A program made the position numbers and the translations under genes. A stretch of 64,000 bases of DNA from Felis catus (Eukaryota): NCBI RefSeq assembly GCF_018350175.1, contig NC_058373.1:110052001-110116000 (forward strand), read 5' to 3'. The notes beneath the pieces were generated by a model that worked only from the letters and a program-made list of their open reading frames with translations, had not been told where the DNA came from and did no database searches. Positions 1 to 12,446 of this stretch are shown here, piece after piece; the stretch's first letter is position 1, and the number at the start of each line of letters is the position of its first letter.

Positions 1-2054
1 AACAGCTATCTTTAAAAATTATTTGCTTTACCAAGATGTCTGTTACAGAATTTATTTAAATCTTTCCACTAGTTTTCTTATCTGGCAAAATAACAGGTGC
101 TTCCTTTCCTTTTATCCTAAGAAAATACTAAATATATATTTTGTATGAAATACCACCTGTGCCAAGCTCTTCAGGTGGGAAAGGTGTGTTTGGGGAATAA
201 ATCTTTGGAGTACTGGATAGATACGATTATGGAAGCAATAAGGGGTAAGTTGGATGAGTATCACAGAATTTTCAAGTTGGAAGGGACTTTCTTTGTTCTT
301 CATTTGATTTAAGACCAAAGTAGGAATTTCTTTAGTAGTATTTCTGAGACTGAGATCCCTAAGGGGTCTGAATTCAAACCCAAGAAGTTTGGGGATTTTG
401 CCTTTAGGCTGTGAGTGGCTATGGAGTCTTGAGGGTGAGAGTACATGGCTGGAGGTCAAAGTGTACTTTAGGAGATCAATCTGGCTTGGGGTGTAGGAAG
501 ACTTGAAAGGAGCCAGAAAGTGGAGCTGGGGAAACCAGTTAGAAAGGTTTGCAAATAGCTGGGTGTTGGGTAACGTTTGCCTGGATTAGAATTAAACAGT
601 GAATATGAAAGTATGGGACGGGTGTGAACACCATCGAGGTGAAACGCTCAGCACGGTTCTGAAACTACTGAATCTGGATAATAATAGAGCGGCTCCAAGG
701 TCTAGAAGCTGAGCTGATTGGGGTAATAGTGGTAGCAGCTATAATGTCCACGTTATTAACTCTCTTTTTATTTAGTGTGTTTTCATTAAGTATTTAATAG
801 CAACAGATAATAAGGCCGTATATCGATGTACTTCCAGTAAATTGTAGATATAATATGCTGTTCACAAAGAAACTCTTCTCTTGAGAACTTCATGGCATGG
901 GAAGCACAGGTAGAGGGCCCATTTAAAAGTCAAATTAATCATGAGTGAATTGCGAGCCTACGATGACTCACCTCATGATATTTTAAGCAGCAGCTATGGT
1001 AATCTTGAACTATTTTGGATATTTTCTTTATATATTTCAGATTTCAGTTATTTCTTTATAACACGTGAATATAATTTGTGGACCATAAGAGGGCGTGATA
1101 CATTTCTGTAACAAGAGCAAATTACTTTGCTTTTGAAAACAACGTAGGCCAATGCTTTAGGAAAATGGCATTTGAATACAGAATGTTATCATTAATTAGA
1201 CAAAGAACTAGGAAGGAGTGTGTGTTCTATTACCTTTGCCACCACACGAGGAGTTAACTTTCACGCAGTCTTGCCAAAATGCTGGTGAATGGTTAACCAT
1301 CTGTGCGAAGCCGTGTAAAACCATGTTCAGCCCAGTTACTGTGTCATTTCAAACAATGCTCGCACGTTTTGTTTAGTGTTATCTTCCAGATGATGTCTTT
1401 TAAAAGATTAAAAAACCCTCTATGCCTTCTGGATAGACGTTACTTGGTGGAGGGCTTGATAGGGAAACACGGGTCCCTGTAGTTAGGCTGTTACAACATC
1501 GAACTTTATTATTTACTGAGTATCCATCCAACGGAGGCTTTCATTTTATGGGATCTTTTTAGACATTATTCATGTTCAGTGGGTTAGATGGCAAGCGTAG
1601 TGATGTGATGTAATGTTTACTTTTATTCATCTGTTCAGTAAACACTGAGTGCTGACTACGTGTAGCAGGCTTGTTGTTACGGGGACAAAGGTTGAATAGA
1701 TTGAGCGCCTTGAAGAAGCATGTGGTGCACTGTGCTTCTCCTTGCTGGTATCACGTGAAAGAAAGCGACGTGGGATGCAGATTTCATCCTTCTCATGAAA
1801 TGACTTGAAGTCCTTAACTACACAGGAGCCTGCTCCTGATTTGGGTGTCCAGCCGAAAATCCAACCACAATATGACTGAATATGCTGTCTCGAGTATCTC
1901 TTCCCATTTCAGTTGTAGGGAGGTGAAGAATGAGAGTGTGTTCTCTAGAATATTATTTGCAAAGTGAGTTATCTGTTCCGTTTGACTGTAAAAATCAAAC
2001 ATTTTGGTACGAACTTCCCTGGAGTCAGGTGTCTCTTTGCTGAACGTCTTGTAA

Positions 2055-2250
2055 TTTTTTTTTTAATGTTTGTTTGTTTATTTTTGAGAGAGAGTATGAG
2101 CATGAGGGGGAGAGGCAGAGAGAGAATCCCAAGCAACCTCTGTGCTGACAGCACAGCCCCAACTTGGGGCTCCATCCCACGCGCTGTGAGATCATGACCT
2201 GAGCCAAAACCAAGAGTCGGATGCTCAACCCACTGAGCCACCCAACCGCC
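2055..2250 (-). mobile_element. SINEC (older carnivore/feliform subtype)
   Basis: Poly-T, (GA)n and reverse-complement tRNA-derived head; ends approximate. Confidence 0.88.
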
Positions 2251-2260
2251 TTTCTTGTGA

Positions 2261-2494
2261 TTTTTTTTTTTTTTAAATTTTTTTTTTCCAACGTTTATTT
2301 ATTTTTGGGACAGAGAGAGACAGAGCATGAACGGGGGAGGGACAGAGAGAGAGAGGGAGACACAGAATCGGAAACAGGCTCCAGGCTCCGAGCCATCAGC
2401 CCAGAGCCTGACGCGGGGCTCGAACTCACGGACCGCGAGATCGTGACCTGGCTGAAGTCGGACGCTTAACCGACTGCGCCACCCAGGCGCCCCC
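2261..2494 (-). mobile_element. Young felid SINEC
   Basis: CpG-rich; nearly identical to copies at 5845, 28783, 32682 and 46071; TSD tgattttt. Confidence 0.93.
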
Positions 2495-3114
2495 TGATTT
2501 TTTTTTTTTTTTTAATCCTTGAGTTCCCTCTCATCCTTGGGCATTGCCTGCTTTAATGAGCCTTCTGAGTTCCTCCAAGTGTGTGTTAGGTGCTCTGCGT
2601 AGGGTGCTCTTGGCATCTTTATGACCAAACGATGTTTCTGACATATTTTAGGCGCTCAGTAAACAACTGTTTGAGTTGGTCATGAACGAATGAATGAGTG
2701 GTCATTTCCAATATAAAAAAAACACATGAAGTACCCTGAATTAGAAGAATTGCTCAGTGTTCAGGGTAATCAGCCAGAGAGGATGGGAATAATGGCTCTC
2801 TCTAGAGGGAGGCGTGTATATGGTGTTTGCGGGCTCCATAGTGTCTTAGTATTGTGTTTCTAAGAGAAATTCTGCTTACTTTATGATGGTGAGTGAATGA
2901 AACCATGTAAAGTCTGAGAAAGAGGAATGAGATTACTAAAAAAGCTTCTGAATGGGATTTCTACCCTTTTATAGCCAAGTCCCCAGTGTGGAATTTTGAT
3001 GGAAATGGTGAATGAAGAGTAAGAAAAGTACACGCATTATCCGGCAGTAACTCTGTTTCTCTGACAAATTCAGACCGCTTAGTTATTAGGAATAAAAGCA
3101 AATCATCTCTGGGG

Positions 3115-3148
<34 letters not shown>

Positions 3149-3970
3149 CAATTAGGTGATGGTTACACCCAGAGAAAATAATTAAATTATGGTTCTTCAC
3201 TCGATATTAATGCTATTATACTTGTCCCAACACAAAAGTTTCTAGGGAGTTCCTGATATCATAGTAGCTGATCTCTCTTGCTCTATTTTCTTGGAAGATT
3301 ATTAGTTTGATATTGTAAGGCTTTATAATCTTAAAATATTCCAATTAAGTGGAAAATAAAACAGCTCTGCAAGCAGTGGCATTTGCACTATATAGTCTAA
3401 GACAGAAAAATAATTTTTTCCCTTGGATTGTGTATGTACAGTTTTGGCTTCTGGGAACTTTGGTTTTGTTTTTGCCAGGAGTGTGGGGATAAGCTTACTT
3501 TATTCTGGGTCAGTTACATTTTGAAAACTAGGGCAAGATAAATCCAGGGTCATTTAGAGTCCTGTTAAAGTAGGTTAACAAAGATCTCATTCATTCCTTA
3601 TAGAAATCAGAATCCTTTTTAATTAGCCCCTTGGGAGATACAAGATTTTACTGAGCTTTTGTGTATGTGTATGTGTCGGGAGGGAGTGTAATTATTCAGA
3701 GCTCGAAGTAGTATATCAGGAAAAATAAAACTCAAAATAATTTCCCCTTGAAAATGGGGAAGTAAGAAGTCAGTATAAGAGATTAATTTATAACCATTTG
3801 GTGGGTTTAGTGTGTGATTTTACCCTCTAAAAATTAGAGGTTATTCTAAATGTGCCTCTTCGAGAGATTACTTCCCTCGTCTGATTTCAGTGTTGGTGAT
3901 TACAATTTCTGTGATGGCTGTGTTTTTCTAAAACATTCACGGAAATTTTGGTAGAAGGTAACTGTGTTTG

Positions 3971-4330
3971 TGTTATGCCCAGAATTCGTGATCCCCAAAG
4001 ACCACTAGGGAGCCGAGTCTGATGCAAAAGCAAAGAGCCTTTATTCGAGCTAGCCCGAGCTCAATCCCCTACCTGCACCGACCCAGCGGTGAGATACCAG
4101 GGAAAGAGCACAAAGGTTTTATAGGGGTCTAGGGGCAGCCGATTGGCTGGGGAAGGGTGGTGGCCTCGGCCGATTGGCTGGGGAAGGGTCAGAGTCCTGT
4201 TACGCAGGTCGCTGGGCGTGTTTTGATCAGGAAGTTTGGGTGAGAGGGAGGTTACTCAAGGGGAGGAGGCGTGGTCTAGGTGAAGGACACAGAACAAGAT
4301 GGAGTCGGCTGGCGTAGGCCCGCCCTTTCA
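3971..4330 (-). mobile_element. Solo LTR of a class I (gammaretrovirus-like) endogenous retrovirus, 360 bp
   Basis: Minus strand runs TGAAAG...TAACA. 4-bp target-site duplication (TSD) TTTG at 3967-3970 and 4331-4334. Two CCAAT-containing repeats, TATAAAA at 4117-4123 and AATAAA at 4040-4045 lie in U3-R order. Confidence 0.9.
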
Positions 4331-5029
4331 TTTGTTGTTCTCAATATGTATGAGAACTGAAGATTACTACCACCAGGTATTTTTAGAATCAGTTAAAAAT
4401 AGTAGATGAAAGGATATGAATGATTTATCAGAGAAATGAAACGTTCAACGTTCTAAATGTGTATATTTTTGGAAGAGAGACGTGAGATTCTGGGTAAATA
4501 CTCTCTCCTGGTCATTGACTGTGCGGTGATGCGTGCTGAGTGAGCATAGAGAGAAGATGGCAGCAGAATGGCCACACACGCTTGCTCTCTGCCTTCCGGG
4601 GCGGGGCAGCACTCACTGGTCATGCCTTGGTCTTTTCTGTCTTTCCTGCACAGGGTGTACCAATTGCATCAACAGCTAAATATTATAAGATGAAGGGCAC
4701 TTGGCTCAAATCAGAACACAGTCTTTATCAAGTTTGAGTAATATTTAAGATCATTCCCGAACATTGGTATTGTTGGCCCTGTCTTCAGTTACGTAGGATT
4801 ATTATGTAGTGGGAACGAGTTCTGCTGTGTGTCCCTGTCTGCCTCTGTCCGAACGTCTACTCGGCAGAACTTCTGGTGTGGTTTGATGTCTTCAAAACAA
4901 AATGTTTCAAAAGGATAGGTGAATTCACACTTAGCACTTTATCACACAGTTAGGTTTTTATGAGTACGGGCAAATCTGTTCACTGACATGTTCATGCAGC
5001 GTGTTTCCTGACACGCCACTCTGTTTCAA

Positions 5030-8000
5030 GCACTATTTTGGGTTAAGAGAAGACTGAGGTGAACAACTCCAACGAGCTTCATATGCGCACAGTGCTTGTA
5101 TTTCAGTTAGAGAGACGAAGAGTAAATAATGAAAAATACCAACACATGATAGGTGCTATGGAGGGGATTAAAAATGGGTTTATGCGATGACTTCCTGGTG
5201 AAATGTTTAGGAAACTCAGAGAGGATGGAAATATGGATCTCGTCAGACATGAGGCAGTGAGGTATGTATATGGTGTTTGTGGGCTCAATAGTGTCTTAGT
5301 ATTGTGTTTCTAGGAGAAATTGTTTGCTTTGTGATGGCGAGCGAATGAAACCGTGTAGAGTCTGAGGTGGTCAGTGAAGGTCTTTGAGGAGGAGACATTT
5401 AAGGAGGAATTACAACACAAAGGAGCTGCCGAAAAAGAACAAAGGAAGAGCATTTCAGTCTGAAGCAGTAGCTCAAGGAAGAGCTCAAAGATGGAAACAA
5501 GCTGGGTGAATTCATGGAGCCTGGTGTGGCTGGAATATATGGGCATGAGATGATGCTGGAGAGAGAGGCGAGGCAGAGCTGGATCAGGCAGGGATTCGTC
5601 AGCCCTCAGGTAAGATGTGTGGATGGGAAACCGCTGGAAGGTTTTAGTCAGGAGAGTAACTCGATCTGATTTACGTGTTCTGAAATATCACTCCGGCTGC
5701 TGGGTGGGGAGGGGATTATCTGGGAGGAGGGAGGGGAAGCAGCAAAGCCAGTTAGGATGCTTTTGTTGTAGTCCCGGGTAAAATATCACAGAAGTTTGGA
5801 TAGTAGTAGTGTGATAGCAACAAGATAAAGAACCATGGATTTTTTTATTTTATTTTATTTTATTTTCCAACGTTTATTTATTTTTGGGACAGAGAGAGAC
5901 AGAGCATGAACGGGGGAGGGGCAGAGAGAGAGGGAGACACAGAATCGGAAACAGGCTCCAGGCTCTGAGCCATCAGCCCAGAGCCTGACGCGGGGCTCGA
6001 ACTCACGGACCGCGAGATCGTGACCTGGCTGAAGTCAGACACTTAACGACTGCGCCACCCAGGCGCCCCAAGAATCATGGATTTTTAAAGGGATATTTGT
6101 GAGTGTTGAGACTTCTGGAGTGAGTAATAAGAGAGATCAAGGATAGCTTCTCAATTTTTGCTTTGAGCGATTGAATTGTCGGTTATGGAATTTATTGCGA
6201 TGAAGAAGACTGATAGACAAAGTTGTGGGGAGATCGAGAGTTTATTTTTGCCATGATAGATATGAGATGCTTATTTGATACCAAATGGACATGGCAAGTA
6301 GACAGTTAGATGTAAGGATCCAGAATTCTAGGGAGAGTTACAGATCTGAGAGCCATAACATGTGGCTGGCATATTTACGATGAAAACCATGGCCCGGAAG
6401 AGATCACCTGTGGAAAATGTGTAGCTAGAGCAGAACTTTTGGATCTTTCAGTGTTTAGAGGTGAAGCGGAAGAGGAGGAAATGTAAAGGACACTGAGAAG
6501 CAGTAGCCAAAGCCAAAGAAGGAAAACCAGGCAAGTTTGATAACCAGATGAAGGTATTCCAAGAAAGGGGTAAAGTCAATTGTATTGAAGGGAAATGGCC
6601 CCTGGATTGGGCTCATAGAATTAGTTGGTGGCTCTAACAGGTTCGCCACACTCAAATGGTGGAGTGACTGGAGTGGGTTGAGGAAAGAATGGGCAGTGAG
6701 GAAGCAGAAATGGTGAATTAATCAATACTTGGAAGAAATTTTGCTGTGAAGGGGAACAGAGATATCAGGTACTTGCTGAAGAGAAAGGTAGGACTTTTTA
6801 AGGTAAGAGATACTACTCCATTACTGGTTATGCTTTTTCTAAGTATAGGTTAATTTCCTTAGATTCCCCATTCATTTATGTGTTCATTCATTATTTGACA
6901 AGTGCTTCTGAACACGTGTGGTGTACAAGACACTACTGCACACGGGGGATGACACATAGAGGGTGCTGTCCTAAAATGCACATTCTGATTACAGGGAGAC
7001 AGGTACATAGACTATTACAGGATGATATGGCTGTGCTACAAGAGAGAGAAGGTGTGGTTTTCTACAAGTACAGAGTAGGAGCACCTACCAGTCTTGTGGG
7101 GCAAGGAAGGCTTCCCAGAAGAAGTGATTTCTAAGCTTAGACCTAAAGTATGTTAGCACATGAAAGGGGTGGAAATGAGAAGAGAGCTTCAGGCAATGGT
7201 AACAGCATATTCAAGCCAGAAGGTGGGGCCGAATGTGGCACATTCTTGGAAACGGATGTTAGTGAGACTGAGTATTACAGCTGGAAGAAGAATATGAAGA
7301 GATGAAGCTATAGAGGGTCACGTAAATATACAGGGGTTTGAATTTTTTCCTAAGACCAGAAAGAAGCAATTGAAGGGTTGTGAGTAGAGACGTAATCAAA
7401 ACTGGGTTTAGAAATCACCTAGACTGCAGTGTGGTGTGTGGTCTTGAGGGAGTGAATGTGGAGACGGAAAGGCCAATGGAAAGGCCAATTGAAGTCAGTT
7501 AGGGTGGTCCAGCCGAGGGATAATGGCATCCCGATCAAGGAGGTGCCAGTAAGGATGGATGGAGAGAAATAGGTATCAAGAGATATCTAGTCGGTACAAT
7601 TTTCAGGACTTTAAATCTTTAAAATTTTCTTATTTTTAGTTTTATTGAGGTAAGCATGAGGGCTTTTTGAATGACTGGGTATGGGAAAGTGAGGAGAGGG
7701 AAGTATCAAAGGTGACTCAGGCTTGTTCTTAGGCAGAGGAGTGGATGATGGAACCAGTCGCTGAAAAAAAATGCAGAGCAACTTTGCTGGGGGAGGGGGT
7801 TCGTTAGAGATGATGACTCCCTTCTGGCAATGTTGAGTTTGAAGGGTCTGGGAATAACTAAGTGGGGATACCCAGAAGAAAATGGGCTATATAAACACGA
7901 AACTCAGGAGAAGCAGACACTTGGGCTGAAGATAAAGTTTCGGAAGCTCATTAGTATGTAAGTAGTCATTTGTTCTTATGGAGTAGATGAACATATCTAG

Positions 8001-8360
8001 AAAAAGAGAAGGCAGGATATTACAGAGATAGAAAAAAAGCAAAAGAAGCTTCTAAGAGAGTCTGGGAAGGTGTGCCCCTAGAAGTAGGAAGAAAACCAGG
8101 CAAGTGACATGGAAGCCAACGAAGAAGAATGTCCCAAGATGGAAAGGATAGATATCCAATTCTGAGAAGTATCCACACGGTTTAGCAATGGGAATAGTAC
8201 AGGTAGCCTTGCTCAGAATTAACTGGAATGGTTGGGGTAGAAGCCAGCTTTTAGTGCCTTGAGAAGTGAGTGGTAGGTAAGGACATGAGGACAGCCAATG
8301 TAGATCATATTTTCAAAAAGTTTGGGTTTAAAGCGGGGGAGAGACATTGGGTGGTAAGCT
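5030..8360 (-). mobile_element. Cluster of degraded L2 LINE fragments
   Basis: Purine-rich + strand with L2-like phrases (gaaggtctttgaggaggagacattt, gttgagtttgaag); boundaries approximate. Confidence 0.6.
5845..6069 (-). mobile_element. Young felid SINEC
   Basis: TSD aagaa(c/t)catggattttt on both sides. Confidence 0.93.
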
Positions 8361-8548
8361 GGAGCGGCCATGGATCTGACATTTTGGCTGATTTTTAATC
8401 ATGACAAAAAGACCATGGATTTTTGGTATCAGACACATCTGGGTTTGACTCTCCTCTACCAGATGTGAGATCTAGAGCACAGTGTATAGGACACAGTGCA
8501 CTTTCAATAAATGTTTAATGAATGAGTCATTCAAAATCCTTCATCTTC

Positions 8549-8760
8549 GGGGCGCCTGGGGGGCTTAGTCGGTAGAGCATACGACTCTTGATTATGGTTC
8601 AGGTCACGATCCCAGGGTCATGGGATCAAGCCCTGTGTCAGGCTCCACGTTGAGTGTAGAGCCTGCTTAAGATTCTCTCTCTCTGCCCCTCTTCCCTGCT
8701 CATGCGTGTGCGCTCTCTCTCTCTCTTTCTCTCTCTCTTTGAAAATAAATAAATAAATAA
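8549..8760 (+). mobile_element. SINEC
   Basis: GGGGCGCCTGG head, (CT)n, AAAT tail; TSD aaaatccttcatcttc. Confidence 0.92.
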
Positions 8761-10286
8761 AATCCTTCATCTTCTGGGAGCTACATTTTTCTCCTCCACC
8801 AAATGCCTACCTGACCACTTCCTTGGAAGGCTTGAATGAAATGGTGCCGTTGTTCCTTACCATGAATTCCTACTTATTCTTTGACATGAGTTGTTTCAGT
8901 AAACCTTCTGAGCCCCTCCAAGTGTGTCTTAGGATTTATATTGAGTGACACTATATTAATATCTCAGAGTTTATTATTTCATTACTATTGTTGCTGGGCC
9001 CTTCCCGTTCCCTTGTGTTGGCTCAAGAATAAGTCACCCACGTGAATCAGTCCAGTTACAGAGATGTTTCTCAAAGTGAGCTGTGTGGACCCCTTGAATC
9101 AGAATCTCAGGGAGGTGGGACACAGAACTCTGAACTTAAACAGTGGCCCTGAATCCTGGGTTCAGTAAGAATCCTAGGTTTGTAATCACAGCACAGATGG
9201 CTTGAGTGTGGTCTGGTCAGAGCTCAGGCTCACACGTCGTGATCATCAGGAGAAAAGCACTGACAGTTTTATGTGGCAGATAAGAGGCAGTAAGGAGTAA
9301 GAAATACGTGTTAAAAGAAATGTAGTCATTTCTTTGATCTGTTCATTCCACGGATATTTATTGAGCAACTCAGATGAGTCAGAAGAGGGTGAGAAAGAGG
9401 AGAGACAAATAGCACCCCAAGATCTAGGCATTTTATCTGTACCCTGGGCTCTTCTGCTAGAAATACGAGATTTGCTTACGCAGGAGCCGGGAGCTATGTT
9501 CCAGTGAGGCTGGAGACAAAAGCCTCAGTGTGGAAAATCTCAGGTGTTGCACAGGGGTGTGGTTCACTCATGTGGCAACATGAAGTCGCTGGGTGCCACA
9601 TGCCAAGGCTCAAACTATAAATCATTTGTTGTATGTCATCTGTTTCCCCAATAAACCCGGTGTTTAAATCTCCACATTGGCTGGGCGAAAAATAGAAAGA
9701 GAACCCCACTCCTTTCTCCTCCAGTCATTCAGCTATTCATTCAACAAGCGTTCTTTGGATTCTTTCAACATGTGGTGGGTGTTGCCGGCAAAATGAGGAA
9801 CAGAGTCAGAGCCCTGCTCTCGTGGAGCCAGTAGGCGAATGAGGAGACAGATAGTAATCAAATAATCTCACAGGTAGTAGCTAATATTTTGGCGGGGGGC
9901 GGGGGGGGGAACAGCTTTATTGAGATGTAATGTGGGATGTGAGTCATGTACCATACAACTCCCCCATTTAATATGTATAATCCAGGAGTTTTTAGTATAG
10001 TCACAGAGTTGTGCGACCATTATCGTGTTTCATTTTACAACATTCTCGTTACCCGATAAAGAAACCCCATACCCTTTAGCTGTCGTCCCCTAAACCCTCC
10101 ACCCTCCTTCCCCCCAGACCTAGGCAGCCACGAGTCTTCTCTCTGCTTCTATGGATTTCCTTCCTGGGACATTTCATAGAATATGTGGTCTTTTGTGATT
10201 GGCTTCTTTCACTTAGCATGATGATTTCATGTTTCTTTTATATGATAGCCAATATCTATTTGTGTTAGACTAATCATAGTCTACAC

Positions 10287-10509
10287 CAGGGATTGGCAAA
10301 CATTTTCCATAAAGGGCCAGGTAGCAAATATTTTAGTCTTTGAGGTCTATATGGTCTCTGTCGCAACTATTCAGCCTTGCCATGTTAGCATGAAAATAGC
10401 TACAGGCAGTAGGAAAACAAATGATCGTGTCTGTGTTCCGGTAAAACTTACTTACCAAAACAGGCTGTGGGTCAGATCTGACCTTCAGGTTATAATTTGT
10501 TGACCTCTG
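10287..10509. mobile_element. MER58A-like hAT-Charlie non-autonomous DNA transposon
   Basis: Terminal inverted repeats cagggattggcaaac ... tttgttgacctctg, about 220 bp; family recognised from memory. Confidence 0.75.
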
Positions 10510-12076
10510 ATTTATGTCAGTCTAAATACTTAATCCTCCCAACAACTCTGGAGGTAGGTACTCATAGCCCCATTTTACAGTTGTGAAGACAGAGGCACAC
10601 AGATAACACGTGGTGTATAGGGGAACTCAGGTAGTCTGGCTCTAGAGCCAGTGCCCTTAACTTGTCAGTGATTACAAGTTGAGGCAAAGTGCTAAATGGG
10701 GCAGGGGTACAAGTATGACTCTATGAGAGCAAATAACAAAAGGGAGATTCGACTTGGGTTTCCTTCAGGATGAGCCATTGAGCTGTGACCTGAGGTTGAC
10801 TAGGTGAAGGGAGGCGTGTTGGTACAAAGGGCTGATGAGCAGGAGGGAACGTAGCTCGTAAAAGCGCAGGAAGAAGACAGAATGGCTGGAACCCTGGGTG
10901 CTGGGAAAGGAGGAGAGTTGTGTGCGTTGAGGCTGGAGAGATGCCCCGGGGTGGACCACACAGCATCTCTGTGGCTGTGACCAACGTCGCTCCTTAACCT
11001 CAGAGGGGAGAGAAACCGTCAAAGTGTGGAAAGGGTAACCCAGTAAGATGGACCAGCTGAAGCAGAGAATGGGTCGAAGGGGGCAGAGCAGACCTGGTTG
11101 GCCATGGGAGGAGCAACCATGGAGGATGGCAGATAGGGCAGGAGGGCTGGGGGAGCCAAGGGGGGGGGGTAGGAAGGGAGCGGGTACCAGAGCTACATGG
11201 GGGCAGATTTCACCTGGTTTATGGGAGGCTGTCCTTGGAGATGGCGAAGGATGGCGCTGTCAAATCTAGGAGATGGAAACTCCAGTGAGGACAGATTTGG
11301 GGAGAGGGAGAGAGGAAGAGTGCGATTTTAGTCCTGAGATCCGGAGTTTGATGGGCAAGCGCTGTGTTTTCCGTAGGGAGGACACAGGTTCTCCAGGGGA
11401 GGAATAGTAAAGTAAAAGAATGCTGTCGATGGTTGCATCCTGTATCATGAGTTACGTTAGTCAGGAGTTAGCTTTTAAACCCCGCTTTTCTCCTTCAACG
11501 GGCGAGATCTCAGTCTTGGTCCTACTTGCCTTACTGGCTTGTTTGTTTGCTTATAGTTGGTTGCAAGAAAATGTGTAGTAAAATGCCCCCCTGCTTTTTT
11601 TGTTAGTTAATAGTTTCCCCTTTTATAGGTGAGTAACATCCTTTTCCTGTTTATTCTTCAAATATTTTAGGCTTTTCTTGTTTTGGTTGCGCGTGCCTGT
11701 GTATTTTTATTCCCTTAATTTGCTTCTTTCTTTATTTCTGTTTGTTGTCATCTCCATGAACAATAAAAGAGGTGGCCTTGTTATTTTTAGTCCCCTTTCC
11801 ATCCAGAGCAGCTTGATTAAGATTCTTTGAGATGGCCAAAATGTGTTGCATTATTTTCTGAATGTAGTTATCCTTACCACTTGTGTCCCAGTGAACAGTG
11901 AGTTGGGTCTCGTTACAGTACATGCCCTTTTGTTCGAGGCATTTTATTTGTTGAAGAAAGAAATTGTCCAGGTGTTATTAACACAAGGACTAGGGTAACA
12001 CATAGGCCTAGTAACTGCTGCCGGTAAATTCTTCTTCTCCATGCAGTAAGATAGTTTGATCCTTCATTAATACTTA

Positions 12077-12083
12077 CTCTTTC

Positions 12084-12151
<68 letters not shown>

Positions 12152-12232
12152 TTCTTTCTTTCTTTCTTTCCTTTCTTTCTTCTTTCTCCTTTCTTTCTCC
12201 TTTCTTTCTCTTTCTTTCTTTTTCTTTCTTTC
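12077..12232. repeat. (TTTC)n tetranucleotide microsatellite / pure pyrimidine tract
   Basis: Direct reading; abuts the tail of the SINE at 12235. Confidence 0.97.
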
Positions 12233-12234
12233 TA

Positions 12235-12446
12235 ATTTTTTAAATGTTTATTTCTGAGAGAGAGAGAGAAAGAGACAGAGTGTGAGCAAGGAGGGGCAGA
12301 GAGAGAGGGAGATACAGAATCTGAAGCAGGCTCCAGGCTCTGAGCTGTCAGCACAGAGCCCAACACGGGGCTCGAACCCACGAACCGCAAGATCATGACC
12401 TGAGCCGAAGTCGGACGCTCAACCGACTGAGCCACCCACACGCCCC
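12235..12446 (-). mobile_element. SINEC
   Basis: Standard reverse-complement SINEC body. Confidence 0.92.

Noticed and set aside
112..459. 115-aa minus-strand ORF
   Set aside because: No recognisable domain, non-ATG start and no exon context; likely chance.
2561..8933. Short similarity ccttctgag..cctccaagtgtgt.ttagg at ~2561 and ~8904
   Set aside because: Only about 30 bp and probably two L2-derived fragments; too weak to call a duplication.
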